Position numbers and translations under genes: made by a program
The notes under the pieces: generated by a model
Databases searched by the model: none
What the model was told of the DNA's origin: nothing
What the model saw: only the letters and a program-made list of their open reading frames with translations
Shown: one piece after another, positions 26,613-36,060 of the stretch
Position numbering within the stretch: position 1 is the first letter of the stretch
Layout: every line of letters starts with the position of its first letter
IMG/VR virus record: IMGVR_UViG_3300027712_001108
Coordinates: 64,001-128,000 of that record
DNA from: a virus
DNA: 64,000 bases
Direction: 5' to 3' (one strand)

Positions 26613-26675
26613 ACGCTGTAGTTTGAGGGACTATTGCCGCAAGGTGTGAGAGTTCGAGTCTCTCTGGTCGCACCA
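26592..26675 (+). tRNA. tRNA-Leu(GAG)
   Basis: Loop TTGAGGG, long variable arm. Confidence 0.95.
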
Positions 26676-26748
26676 ATTATAGCTATTGACAAGTTATCAG
26701 TTCTATGTTATCGTCAATCAACAGTATTACATTGAACAAGGTGATGGC

Positions 26749-27129
26749 ATGTCTAGCAAAACTGATCAATTAATTGCCAAAGCACTCAGTACGTTTAGTG
26801 AAGACGAAGCTATTGCATGTTTGCGTATGGCTCGTAAGCACAACACTGGCGGTACCGCTACACAATCGACTGCATCAGCTGAACGAGATTGGGAAGCACT
26901 TGCTCGCAAATATCACAAAGCTGCATACGAGCTACAAGAAGAACTCAAGATAGTAAAAAGGCAAAGGCAACTTTATGCAGATTCGTCTGCACGTCATTCA
27001 CTTGATGCAAAGTTTGCCAAACAACAAGCAGAAACTATATCCCAAGACATGAAAAATCGTATAGTATACTGTGTAGTTATGCTAGTTCTTGCTGCATGCA
27101 CGTCATTTGCAATTGGTTATATAATTTGA
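26749..27129 (+). CDS. Hypothetical protein with C-terminal TM segment
   Basis: TTGACA promoter, AAGGTGA SD. Confidence 0.7.
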   Translation: MSSKTDQLIAKALSTFSEDEAIACLRMARKHNTGGTATQSTASAERDWEALARKYHKAAYELQEELKIVKRQRQLYADSSARHSLDAKFAKQQAETISQDMKNRIVYCVVMLVLAACTSFAIGYII

Positions 27130-27150
27130 TAAAATGTTTATACAATGGTG

Positions 27151-27302
27151 TTGACAACTGGTATATTACAAGTTAAAGTAACACATGTAAGCAGCAATAA
27201 ACGAAGTTGAACTGTTGCTTACAAAAAATAAAAAACAGTTGACATGCTGTGTGTAAGATGTTAAAGTTATCAAGTAAGCAAGAAACGGTTTACATGCTCT
27301 TT
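27151..27302 (+). promoter_or_regulatory. Tandem sigma70-like promoters plus boxA-like element
   Basis: TTGACA..TAAAGT at 27151 and 27239; TGCTCTTT 27295-27302. Confidence 0.7.
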
Positions 27303-27329
27303 ATAAACGACACTGTGTTTACACAGACA

Positions 27330-28465
27330 TATTGGGTAGTAACACTGTTAAGTAGCATTTGGTGATTCTTATGTGAAACAACAGGGTTAAACGCTTTCAA
27401 CAATAAGTTGGGATGTTACAATTAATCACTGTATCTACCGACTGACGATAGAGTAACAGTATGTCGATGCAAACACAGTTAGCTTTAATACACCTAACAA
27501 CAGCGAATGCTCGTTGCTGCTGAAAGAAACGACGGATGATGCAGCTTTAAAGTCCGTTGAACGCTTCTGTTGTAGATGTATTAGAGTTTGGATGATACGG
27601 CCGTTGAGAAACGTGAATATCATCTATGAGATTGGGGGTTTAGCCTCAATAGGATAAGTGCAGTGATGCACCCAAAGCCGGAAAGCCTACATACCGGCGC
27701 TAGTAAAATAGTCCATCTAAACAAGCCTGAACCAGTGTTGACTCGGGCAACCGAAAGCAACACCCGTCCGTAGAAAGGCGGTAGGCAGTAAGTTAGGAGC
27801 TCTGTCCGAAAGGATAGTCGCAGAGCCAGTCGGTGAGCGATAAGAGGGTTGGCGCCCAAACAGAGTTCAGCCAAACTAACGAATGCTGACAGTTAACAGG
27901 TAGTTACAGTGTCTGAGCCCGCAAGCAAAGGCATGGTAGCATTTCAAGAGTGGAAGGGTTAGGCCCCGGATACTTGAAGAAAGGTCAAGTAGTTCGCAAG
28001 ACGAAAGACACGAGGTGTGTTGTATTGGGTATGCCAAAAGCATATTCAGCAGCGGTGGTAGCACATCTCAGATAGGTTGCAAATAACTCAGCGGTAGAGT
28101 AATTCCCTTCTAAGGAATCGGCGAAGGTTCAATCCCTTCTTTGATAAATGCAAAGTCTACCACGGTATGTTGTGTAAGGTGTCAAATACTTGAGGCGCAA
28201 GCCAATCAAGTTCAACAAAGCTCGCAAGGCAGCGTTGATTTGTACTAGAAGATTCGTAGCTCGCAAGGCTTAATGGTTCGCAAGATCAACGGATAATAAG
28301 GTGCAGAATAGCAGCATATGACGAGTCTACTGCCTGACTCTAAAAACGGCGACACTGTTAGTGGACCAGATTACCGCAAGGGATCTAGTGGATGTCGGAA
28401 GAAAGCAACTCGCAAGGTTGGTAATAATGTCCGAAGCATTAACATCGAACGTGTAATCTCAGCGT
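27330..28465 (+). ncRNA. Large ornate ncRNA, GOLLD-like (5' boundary uncertain)
   Basis: >1 kb with no credible ORF, dense GCAA/GAAA tetraloop hairpins, 3' GTGTAATCTCAG, inside a tRNA island. Confidence 0.7.
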
Positions 28466-28469
28466 TTTC

Positions 28470-28494
28470 AAAAAAGGCCCTTAGGGGCCTTTTT
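28470..28494 (+). terminator. Intrinsic (bidirectional-type) terminator
   Basis: AAAAAGGCCC-TTAG-GGGCCTTTTT. Confidence 0.85.
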
Positions 28495-28547
28495 GCATGA
28501 CTGAAACATCTGCTAAATATCTGTGCAACATTTAGCGAGCTCACATC

Positions 28548-29225
28548 ATGCGTATCAACGAAATCTTAAACGAAGCAGAAACACCAAAAGTGGACATAGA
28601 GCATTATGGAAATTGGACAATAAGCATGAGCAAAGATCCAGTTATAATGAAAGCCATAACCGGAGACACGGCACAATTTGTTGCAAAAGTCACTAATAAA
28701 CGTCGTCCGCAAGCTGTGTTTTTTGGAGTAGGTACTACTCAGGGTGCAGCCAGAGACGATGCCATGTCAAAAGCTGTTGACCAAGAACGTCCAGACATGC
28801 ATGTAAAATATTCTTTAATACAAGGCAAGCTAAACGTACCGTTTTTTCGCGAATATTCTTCAGATAATCGTAATACGTATGTTAAATTCATAAAAGATGA
28901 CATCGGTAACACATCACTTGTGTTAGCAAACGACCAGTATGCTAGAGAATTTGGTAAATCATTATCAGAGTTGGGATTCAGTAGATGTACGCCGACACCC
29001 AATTTTGGTATGAATTTCACTATAACAGGCGATATGTTGTCAACTTATGGTCTTATACCTAATATGCGATATTCATTGAGCGCATATGACACAGACAATG
29101 ACGGCAATCAATTGTTTCAGTTAATACCCGAATCAAGATCACAAGGTCCGTGGGATAAGATGATTATGCGCACACCGGGACTTACTATTGCTGCAATACC
29201 AATGCGCGACACAATAAATAAATAA
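28548..29225 (+). CDS. Late protein, paralogous to a C-terminal domain of the 58569..63617 protein
   Basis: MRINEILNE leader; shared LIPNMRYS and MRTPG motifs. Confidence 0.75.
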   Translation: MRINEILNEAETPKVDIEHYGNWTISMSKDPVIMKAITGDTAQFVAKVTNKRRPQAVFFGVGTTQGAARDDAMSKAVDQERPDMHVKYSLIQGKLNVPFFREYSSDNRNTYVKFIKDDIGNTSLVLANDQYAREFGKSLSELGFSRCTPTPNFGMNFTITGDMLSTYGLIPNMRYSLSAYDTDNDGNQLFQLIPESRSQGPWDKMIMRTPGLTIAAIPMRDTINK

Positions 29226-29432
29226 TTGTGATATTATCTAACTGATATCTAACATAAATTTTTAAGTATTTTGCATGATTAATGTCTCAGTTGATCCATT
29301 AAAAATATCTAGCAGCATGCGTTGACAGACTGCTGGTCCTCGAACACACTATGCATGTGATGTTTCTAATCGGACACATATACCGGTAGCAACTCATTAC
29401 ATAGCACAACAGTACAAAATGGAGAACCAAAA

Positions 29433-30665
29433 ATGTCAAGTGCAACGACTCTTGTCGCTAATAACACACAGGTAAATGCGACTGCTATAACAACTGCAAC
29501 GGCAAGTTCTAAGCAGAACTATGCTGCTGTTCGCAATAAACGCTTTTCTAATAAAAAAGGTATTAGTGTAAGTATTGATAAACGCTGGAACGATACTATT
29601 GCAGCATTACCTGCCAAAGAGCAAGCATCAATCAGTCAACAATTAACCAATGCTGTTGCAGAGTTTCGCAGACGTATGCCTCATGTAAAATCCTGGACAG
29701 ACTTGGATTTGGTAGAGGCTAAATCACTGATGATGAGTACCGTATATATCGACATAACTATCCAGCGTCTGCCAGACCCCGACTGGATATTGAAAATCAT
29801 AAACAAGTTTAAAGAATCCATGGTGACACCAATTGCAGTGTATAAAGACGAACACGGCGTATATCATGCTCGCGACGGACAGCATACTTTGATTGTGTTA
29901 TGGATTATTGCTACTAAAATTCTTGGCATTAATCCCGACAATGTGCAAATACCTGTCAACATTTACAAAGACAAGACCCGTGCAGAAGTTCGTGAAAATT
30001 TTATCAGCTCTAACAGCGACGGCAAATTGCAACTGGATGCATTTGATATCTACGAGCAAAAAATCTGCGGCGTTCGTGTAGACGGTAGCAAAAACCCGGA
30101 CTGGCTGCAAACAGAACTCAAACAACGTCATATTGAAAACAATGGCATGTTTGTAACAGCTAAAAAGTTTGGCGATGCCGACGAACCGGGTGCAATTAGT
30201 CGTTTACACGAAATTAATAAAATGCAAGCTGTTGCGGTAAAGAACTGCTGCGAGTATCTTAAGATAGTAGGATGCAACAACCGTGCAGTAGAAGAAAAAG
30301 AAATGGTGATGATGGGTCAGTTTTTTGATCGTTGTTATCATGCAGAACAAAACTACAAAACCAATAAGAAAGACCAATTACCAAATGTAGTTGTAACGCC
30401 ATCTTTTATAAAAGATCTTGCAACTACTACTACAAAATTATGGAATGCAGATTTTAAACCAGACAGTAAGTTTTGGAAAAAAGGTGCAGTTGCATATGTT
30501 AATTGGCATACATCTGTAGACATTAAAACCAAAGCCAAGTTTATGCCTGAACCTGTACACGGTATGCCATTTATGTTAGCATGTCTAGATAAACATTTTT
30601 CATATGCTATTCCACTTAATAGCAGCACATCAGAGTTTACCCCCGCAGAAAAGGATCTATTCTAA
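29433..30665 (+). CDS. ParB/Srx-like (DGQH) domain protein
   Basis: IDITIQR and ARDGQHT motifs. Confidence 0.65.
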   Translation: MSSATTLVANNTQVNATAITTATASSKQNYAAVRNKRFSNKKGISVSIDKRWNDTIAALPAKEQASISQQLTNAVAEFRRRMPHVKSWTDLDLVEAKSLMMSTVYIDITIQRLPDPDWILKIINKFKESMVTPIAVYKDEHGVYHARDGQHTLIVLWIIATKILGINPDNVQIPVNIYKDKTRAEVRENFISSNSDGKLQLDAFDIYEQKICGVRVDGSKNPDWLQTELKQRHIENNGMFVTAKKFGDADEPGAISRLHEINKMQAVAVKNCCEYLKIVGCNNRAVEEKEMVMMGQFFDRCYHAEQNYKTNKKDQLPNVVVTPSFIKDLATTTTKLWNADFKPDSKFWKKGAVAYVNWHTSVDIKTKAKFMPEPVHGMPFMLACLDKHFSYAIPLNSSTSEFTPAEKDLF

Positions 30666-31147
30666 TGCTGTATGCAGAATATGACATTGTAAAATCCTCA
30701 GCAGTATTACGCACAGAAGTTGGTAATGTTTGTACTGTACCAGGGTGTAAAGAGCATATTACCCAAATGCGAGGTCCAGGCAGTAGCGTGCTGTGCAGAA
30801 ATCATCAACTCTATATGAGAGAGTACGGCGGTATGGGACGTATAGATAGACCGTGGACGTTTCATCGTAAACGATTTTGTATCGAATGTGGATTTAATCC
30901 ATACGAAGATACCAAAAATAAGTATTTTTATTTAAAAGATATAAATCCAGATCTCTGGCACAGGTTATGCAGAGGTAAACTAGTTGGTGATCATATAATC
31001 AGACCATCAGAGGGCGGCACAGATGAAGAGGATAATATACAAACATTGTGCAGACTTTGCGATAGTGATAAGACTACTATTAACGAAGACTGGCGTAAAG
31101 GCGACAAACGGCGACTAGACGAAGATAATAATGTAATAGACGATTGA
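30665..31147 (+). CDS. HNH endonuclease
   Basis: GDHIIRPSEGGTD..NIQTLCRLC motif. Confidence 0.85.
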   Translation: MLYAEYDIVKSSAVLRTEVGNVCTVPGCKEHITQMRGPGSSVLCRNHQLYMREYGGMGRIDRPWTFHRKRFCIECGFNPYEDTKNKYFYLKDINPDLWHRLCRGKLVGDHIIRPSEGGTDEEDNIQTLCRLCDSDKTTINEDWRKGDKRRLDEDNNVIDD

Positions 31148-31226
31148 GTAAAATGTCTATATGACTACTTTTACTATTGATGTATATAGATACATCTTAT
31201 ATAATTAACACATACGGAGAAATATC

Positions 31227-31436
31227 ATGGCTAAAAAATCTATCACTAAAATCAGTGACAAGCTGGTCAAAGTAAACGAAAATTTCACTGTTAACATCTA
31301 CGACAACGGTTTTATGATCGAAGTTGGTGGGCGTGACAGAGAAGACAACTGGACCGCGGTAAAACTTATGGTTAACAATATAGAAGAACTTGTTACACTT
31401 ATCCGTGAAACAGTCGAAATGGAAATTAGTAACTAA
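31227..31436 (+). CDS. Small hypothetical protein
   Basis: GGAG SD. Confidence 0.75.
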   Translation: MAKKSITKISDKLVKVNENFTVNIYDNGFMIEVGGRDREDNWTAVKLMVNNIEELVTLIRETVEMEISN

Positions 31437-31444
31437 CACACACA

Positions 31445-31534
31445 GGAGGGATGGCCGAGAGGTTGATGGCTCTAGTCTTGAAAACTAGCGAGGGTGAAAG
31501 CCCTCCGTGGGTTCGAATCCCACTCCCTCCGCCA
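31445..31534 (+). tRNA. tRNA-Ser(TGA)
   Basis: Loop CTTGAAA. Confidence 0.95.
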
Positions 31535-31548
31535 ATAATAATGCCAGC

Positions 31549-32685
31549 ATGACAAAGTTTTGTATACACAGCAATGCTGGCATCAGTTTAGTATCTGCAA
31601 CTGGTAAATTGATGCCGTGCTGTAAGTATAATGCAGATGACAATATCAGCAGCATTTACAACGTAACTACATTAAACGGGTTACATGACACGCCGCAATA
31701 TAAGCAGATGCAAGCACAGCTAAATGCTGGCATTTTTCCCACAGGTTGCAACTATTGCAAGACTACAGAAACTGCTGGTAGACAAAGTCGCAGACAACAT
31801 ACAAATCAAATGTATGACGATTTGAATATGTACGTACCAGGCCATGTGCAAGACATGGAAATTGCACTGGACTATACTTGTAACATGATGTGCAGAATGT
31901 GCAATCCAGGTGCTAGCAGCAAATGGAATATTGCACAATCTGTAATAAAGCAATTTGCAGAGCAGAAGATTGAATTAGATGGCAATAACAAATACCGTTC
32001 ATACCAAGATCAACTGCGCAGCGTATTAGACAATACTGATCTTAGCCATGCTAGAATAGTAAAAATAGAAGGCGGTGAACCGTTCTATGCTAAAAATTTA
32101 GAATGGTTCTTAGACAAACTAGATAAAGAAGTACTTGATAAAAGCAAACTATACATAAACATATTCACCAATGGCAGCATATATCCATCTGTTACGGTGC
32201 TGGAAAAACTAGCAAAATTGAACGCTGCAATCATATTCAGTATTGATGCAGTAGGTGAATTAGCTAGTACAATTCGCTGGGGTGTAGATTGGAACGTCAT
32301 TGCTGACAACATAGGCAAATGGCGCAAATTTGTTGATGCAAATCCACAAATGTCATTGCAAACCAACATAACAGTAAGCTTGCTTAATGTTAATAGACTG
32401 TCACCACTGCTGGCATTTTGTAAAAAATTGAATATAGATATAAACTTCAGCGAGTTAACATTCCCACATTACCTTAGTATCTATCAGCTACCCAAATCTG
32501 TTAGACAGCGTTGGACATACGATGACGAAACGCTAACTGGTATGATAATGGCAGATGTTGCGATTGAACCGGAATTTGCCAAGTTCATAGCCAGTGTAAA
32601 TATACTAGATGCATATCAAGGCTACAGTTTCGAAACTGTTAACAATGAGATGTATCAACTAATACAATCTCTATCCCCATGTTAA
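31549..32685 (+). CDS. Radical SAM protein with twitch/SPASM-like cluster
   Basis: CNMMCRMC, GGEP and FSIDA motifs. Confidence 0.9.
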   Translation: MTKFCIHSNAGISLVSATGKLMPCCKYNADDNISSIYNVTTLNGLHDTPQYKQMQAQLNAGIFPTGCNYCKTTETAGRQSRRQHTNQMYDDLNMYVPGHVQDMEIALDYTCNMMCRMCNPGASSKWNIAQSVIKQFAEQKIELDGNNKYRSYQDQLRSVLDNTDLSHARIVKIEGGEPFYAKNLEWFLDKLDKEVLDKSKLYINIFTNGSIYPSVTVLEKLAKLNAAIIFSIDAVGELASTIRWGVDWNVIADNIGKWRKFVDANPQMSLQTNITVSLLNVNRLSPLLAFCKKLNIDINFSELTFPHYLSIYQLPKSVRQRWTYDDETLTGMIMADVAIEPEFAKFIASVNILDAYQGYSFETVNNEMYQLIQSLSPC

Positions 32686-32931
32686 CACATAGAGGGTCTT
32701 ATCAACAAAGGTCGGATGTAACAACAAGGTTCAATACAATAAATGACCCGTCTACCGAGATAAGCGTATGCTGAAGTACGTCAGCGTTCAGTAGGCTACA
32801 TGATGTGAAGGTGGCAGTGTTGCTGGTAATGCTAAAGAGTTGATAACTCAAACCAGCGTTAAAAATGAAGATTTATTGGCATTTTTCCTTAGACAAATTC
32901 AAAAACAGACTATATATTAACAGTAAGATAT

Positions 32932-33006
32932 GCGGGTGTAGCTCAGGGGTAGAGCGTCTGGTTGCCAACCACAAGGTCGTGAGTTCGAATCTCATCACCC
33001 GCTCCA
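32932..33006 (+). tRNA. tRNA-Gly(GCC)
   Basis: Loop TTGCCAA. Confidence 0.95.
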
Positions 33007-33183
33007 AAATTTAACTATATCTATAACGGGCGTGTGGTCCAAGCACCATGTTGGGTATGTGATCAACAAACGAACAGTACAAGTTCAACCGTCGCATGTT
33101 GTAGAAAAGATTCGTGCTGCAAGTCGTTGACAACAGCTGGTATAATAGATTGTAGTGTGTATGCCGACTTTGATAAATAAAGT

Positions 33184-33810
33184 ATGGAAAACACAATTAT
33201 ACCAATAGATCGATACTGCGACAGTGGATGCGGCCATTTAGCACAATTTTTTAGTACTAACACTGGTCGATACAGGTGTACAAAGAGTGCAAGTAGCTGC
33301 CCTGCTAATAAAGCAAAAAATAGTAGTGCATTAAAACAAGCACATAAAGACGGTAAATTACCTAAATTTACCGACGACATGCGACTTAAAAGCCAAATAA
33401 GTTTTCGTCGAAATTTGGTAAAAGAACATGCATTTGAAGATCTCGGTCATACATTGCGCAAAAAAATTGTAATAGAAGATCAGGAATATAAATGTGCGCA
33501 TTGCGAATTAGAAGAATGGATGGGATTACGTATAACATTAGAGCTTGACCATATAGACGGTAATCGATCTAATAATGTTAGAAATAATTTACGATGTTTA
33601 TGTCCGAACTGCCATAGTATCACCGATACATGGAAAATGGGACAACATAAAGGAAAGAAATCTAGAAAATGCAGCGATGATGAAATAATTGCAGCATTTA
33701 ATAAAACCGGCAGTATAAATGCGGCCCTTAAAGCATTAAATATGAATTGGGGGTCAGTTAGTACTGTTAAAAAAGTGTTGTTTAAATATGGAATCATAAA
33801 CGAAATTTAG
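33184..33810 (+). CDS. HNH homing endonuclease
   Basis: LELDHIDGNRSNN..NLRCLCPNCH motif. Confidence 0.9.
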   Translation: MENTIIPIDRYCDSGCGHLAQFFSTNTGRYRCTKSASSCPANKAKNSSALKQAHKDGKLPKFTDDMRLKSQISFRRNLVKEHAFEDLGHTLRKKIVIEDQEYKCAHCELEEWMGLRITLELDHIDGNRSNNVRNNLRCLCPNCHSITDTWKMGQHKGKKSRKCSDDEIIAAFNKTGSINAALKALNMNWGSVSTVKKVLFKYGIINEI

Positions 33811-33893
33811 CCTCTGTGGTGAAACGGTAGACACACTGCGCTTAGGACGCAGCGCCGCAAGGTGTGGGGGTTCAAATCCCTCCAGAGGCACCA
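33810..33893 (+). tRNA. tRNA-Leu(TAG)
   Basis: Loop CTTAGGA; G1 is the last base of the HNH stop codon. Confidence 0.95.
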
Positions 33894-33910
33894 ATTTTAA
33901 AGGAAACAGT

Positions 33911-34150
33911 ATGAAGTGGCGAGATTTAAAAGACGACCCACCAACTGGCAATGAATATGCTGTTTTACTTTTTCCTTGTAAAGCAGATTGCGGTGTACTT
34001 TACACAGTAAGTAATCCGCATTATGCTAAAGGCCAGTATGCACTAGATGCCGGTTATACACACTGGTTTGAATTCGAACTAGCACCTGATCATAAAAAAT
34101 GGCAGCAATGGCAAGACGAATTGTTGCCGATGGGATTGACTACACAGTAA
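33911..34150 (+). CDS. Hypothetical protein
   Basis: AAGGA SD. Confidence 0.65.
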   Translation: MKWRDLKDDPPTGNEYAVLLFPCKADCGVLYTVSNPHYAKGQYALDAGYTHWFEFELAPDHKKWQQWQDELLPMGLTTQ

Positions 34151-34173
34151 TACTGTACTATAAATAAAAATAT

Positions 34174-34256
34174 GCGGGCGTGGTGTAACGGTAGCCACAG
34201 GAGACTTAAAATCTCCCGCCTAGTGCGTGTCGGTTCGATTCCGACCGCCCGCACCA
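34174..34256 (+). tRNA. tRNA-Leu(TAA)
   Basis: Loop CTTAAAA. Confidence 0.95.
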
Positions 34257-34263
34257 AAATTCA

Positions 34264-34293
34264 AAAAGGCGCAACGCAAGTTGCGTCTTTTTT
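34264..34293 (+). terminator. Intrinsic terminator closing the tRNA island
   Basis: GGCGCAAC-GCAA-GTTGCGTC-T6. Confidence 0.85.
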
Positions 34294-34354
34294 GTCTATT
34301 GCATTTAAATAGTTGCGGCAATATAGTTTAATTCTAGAATGGAATTTAAATGAA

Positions 34355-34597
34355 ATGACTCCTCAAGAAATCTCAGACTACAAACTAAAATGGCGTGCCA
34401 ATGGTGTTGCTGTACCGTTACACAGCGATCTCGATGTAGCTGGTAAAGACTGGTGCAGACGTCGTCTAGAACGTCATCAGTGGGCATTCAATCCACACAC
34501 AGCAGTATATGCACACACGTTTTTGTTTGAAGATGCTGCAAATGCAGAAGCATTCGTCGAACATTTCAAGCTTGACAACCACATGGTCCAGTCTTAG
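34355..34597 (+). CDS. Hypothetical protein
   Basis: ATG start MTPQEI. Confidence 0.65.
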   Translation: MTPQEISDYKLKWRANGVAVPLHSDLDVAGKDWCRRRLERHQWAFNPHTAVYAHTFLFEDAANAEAFVEHFKLDNHMVQS

Positions 34598-34660
34598 ACA
34601 AAATAATATCTTGCATGTTCTATCCTATGTAGGATAAAATATACGATAAGGAGATATTAT

Positions 34661-35278
34661 ATGTTTACAAACTTGTTTAAAGATCTGGACCGTAATTTAC
34701 TTGTTAAATTAGTCATAATCCAGTCACTATTAATCACCATTAGCAACTATCTAGTACACTATAAGTTTGCCATTGCTGGTTTCCCACTGGCCTATAGCAT
34801 CTGGTGCACGCCACTGTTCATGGTTATAACTGATCTCATCACACGCTTGAGTGGCAAGCCACTGGCACGCGGTGTGTTGGTAGCAGCACTGATCCCAGGT
34901 ATGATAGGCACTGCGCTTGGTGCTTGGATATACGGCAGCGACTTACTAGGTGGCACACGACTCACAGTAGCCAGCGGCGTTTGCTACTTGTTGCCAATGT
35001 TGCTAGATGTCAGTATCTTTGCTTGGTTGCGCACACGCATCAAAGCTTGGTATGTAGCACCTGCTGTTAGCGGTATCATTACCACTATCATTATGACTTA
35101 CTTGTTCTGGTTTGCTGCGTTTGCAGGAGATGGTGGACAGTTTAGCGATACTTGGCACATCATGGCTACCAACCAGATACTAGTCAAGTGTGTGCTTAAT
35201 ATACTGATACTGTTGCCGGCATACAAGCTGCTGTTGGATTGGTTGCAAGGCGGTCTAGAGGACTCGCGAACAGCATGA
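34661..35278 (+). CDS. VUT/YhhQ-family queuosine precursor transporter-like membrane protein
   Basis: SNYLV, TDL..R..G..LAR, AS..YL..LDV.IF..LR and WYVAPAVS motifs. Confidence 0.75.
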   Translation: MFTNLFKDLDRNLLVKLVIIQSLLITISNYLVHYKFAIAGFPLAYSIWCTPLFMVITDLITRLSGKPLARGVLVAALIPGMIGTALGAWIYGSDLLGGTRLTVASGVCYLLPMLLDVSIFAWLRTRIKAWYVAPAVSGIITTIIMTYLFWFAAFAGDGGQFSDTWHIMATNQILVKCVLNILILLPAYKLLLDWLQGGLEDSRTA

Positions 35279-36060
35279 GTGAAACTCCCTGGCGAAACTA
35301 TAGCACTTACTGGGATCATCTGCCTCCACCAATGAGGCCCACTCCCAGTATAATAGATGTGATGACGAGCAATAGCACACCGGGGCATGTGCTGTTGTTG
35401 GGAGTTACACCTGAGATACATGCTGCGTTTGATCACGTCACTGCGATAGATCGAGATTCCAGCATGATTGCTAATGTTTGGCCAGGGAACACCGATAACA
35501 AACAAGTACAGCAGGGTTCATGGACAGAAATGGATTGGCCTGAGGCCACATTCGATACCATAATAGGTGACTGCGCTATACCCTTGCTTACAGATGTTGA
35601 CAGCATTGCCGCATTTCAAACTCGTTGCCTCCATTGGCTTAAACCCGGCGGTAGCTTTGTGCATAGATTGATGCAGCGACCAGAAACGGCTGTGACCAGA
35701 CATGATATTGCCCGTGAATTGTCTGGTCCGGCTACAATAAACTTCCATGCCATGCGGTGGCGCATGCAGCAGTGTATAGCTGCTGACAACAACGGTGTGG
35801 CACCTGCTATGAAAGTACGCGAATTGTTTGAATCGCTAGTACCAGATAGAGATGCGCTATGTGACATCACTGGTTGGAAACGAATAGATGTAGACAGCAT
35901 TGACCTTTATAAGGGCAATACCAACCGTATATTCTTTGGTAGCCAACAACAGTGGCGCAATACAATCCCTGCTAACGCAGTGGACATACGCTGGACATAT
36001 GTGTTTGATCATGATATCAGCGAAGATTTTCCTGTAATGCGTTGGAGAAAACCACTATGA
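35275..36060 (+). CDS. Class I SAM-dependent methyltransferase
   Basis: LLLGVTPE, FDTIIGD and LKPGG motifs. Confidence 0.8.
   Translation: MSETPWRNYSTYWDHLPPPMRPTPSIIDVMTSNSTPGHVLLLGVTPEIHAAFDHVTAIDRDSSMIANVWPGNTDNKQVQQGSWTEMDWPEATFDTIIGDCAIPLLTDVDSIAAFQTRCLHWLKPGGSFVHRLMQRPETAVTRHDIARELSGPATINFHAMRWRMQQCIAADNNGVAPAMKVRELFESLVPDRDALCDITGWKRIDVDSIDLYKGNTNRIFFGSQQQWRNTIPANAVDIRWTYVFDHDISEDFPVMRWRKPL

Noticed and set aside
27435-28500. Short ORFs within the giant RNA region
   Set aside because: No SDs or recognisable motifs; dense tetraloop structure indicates ncRNA.
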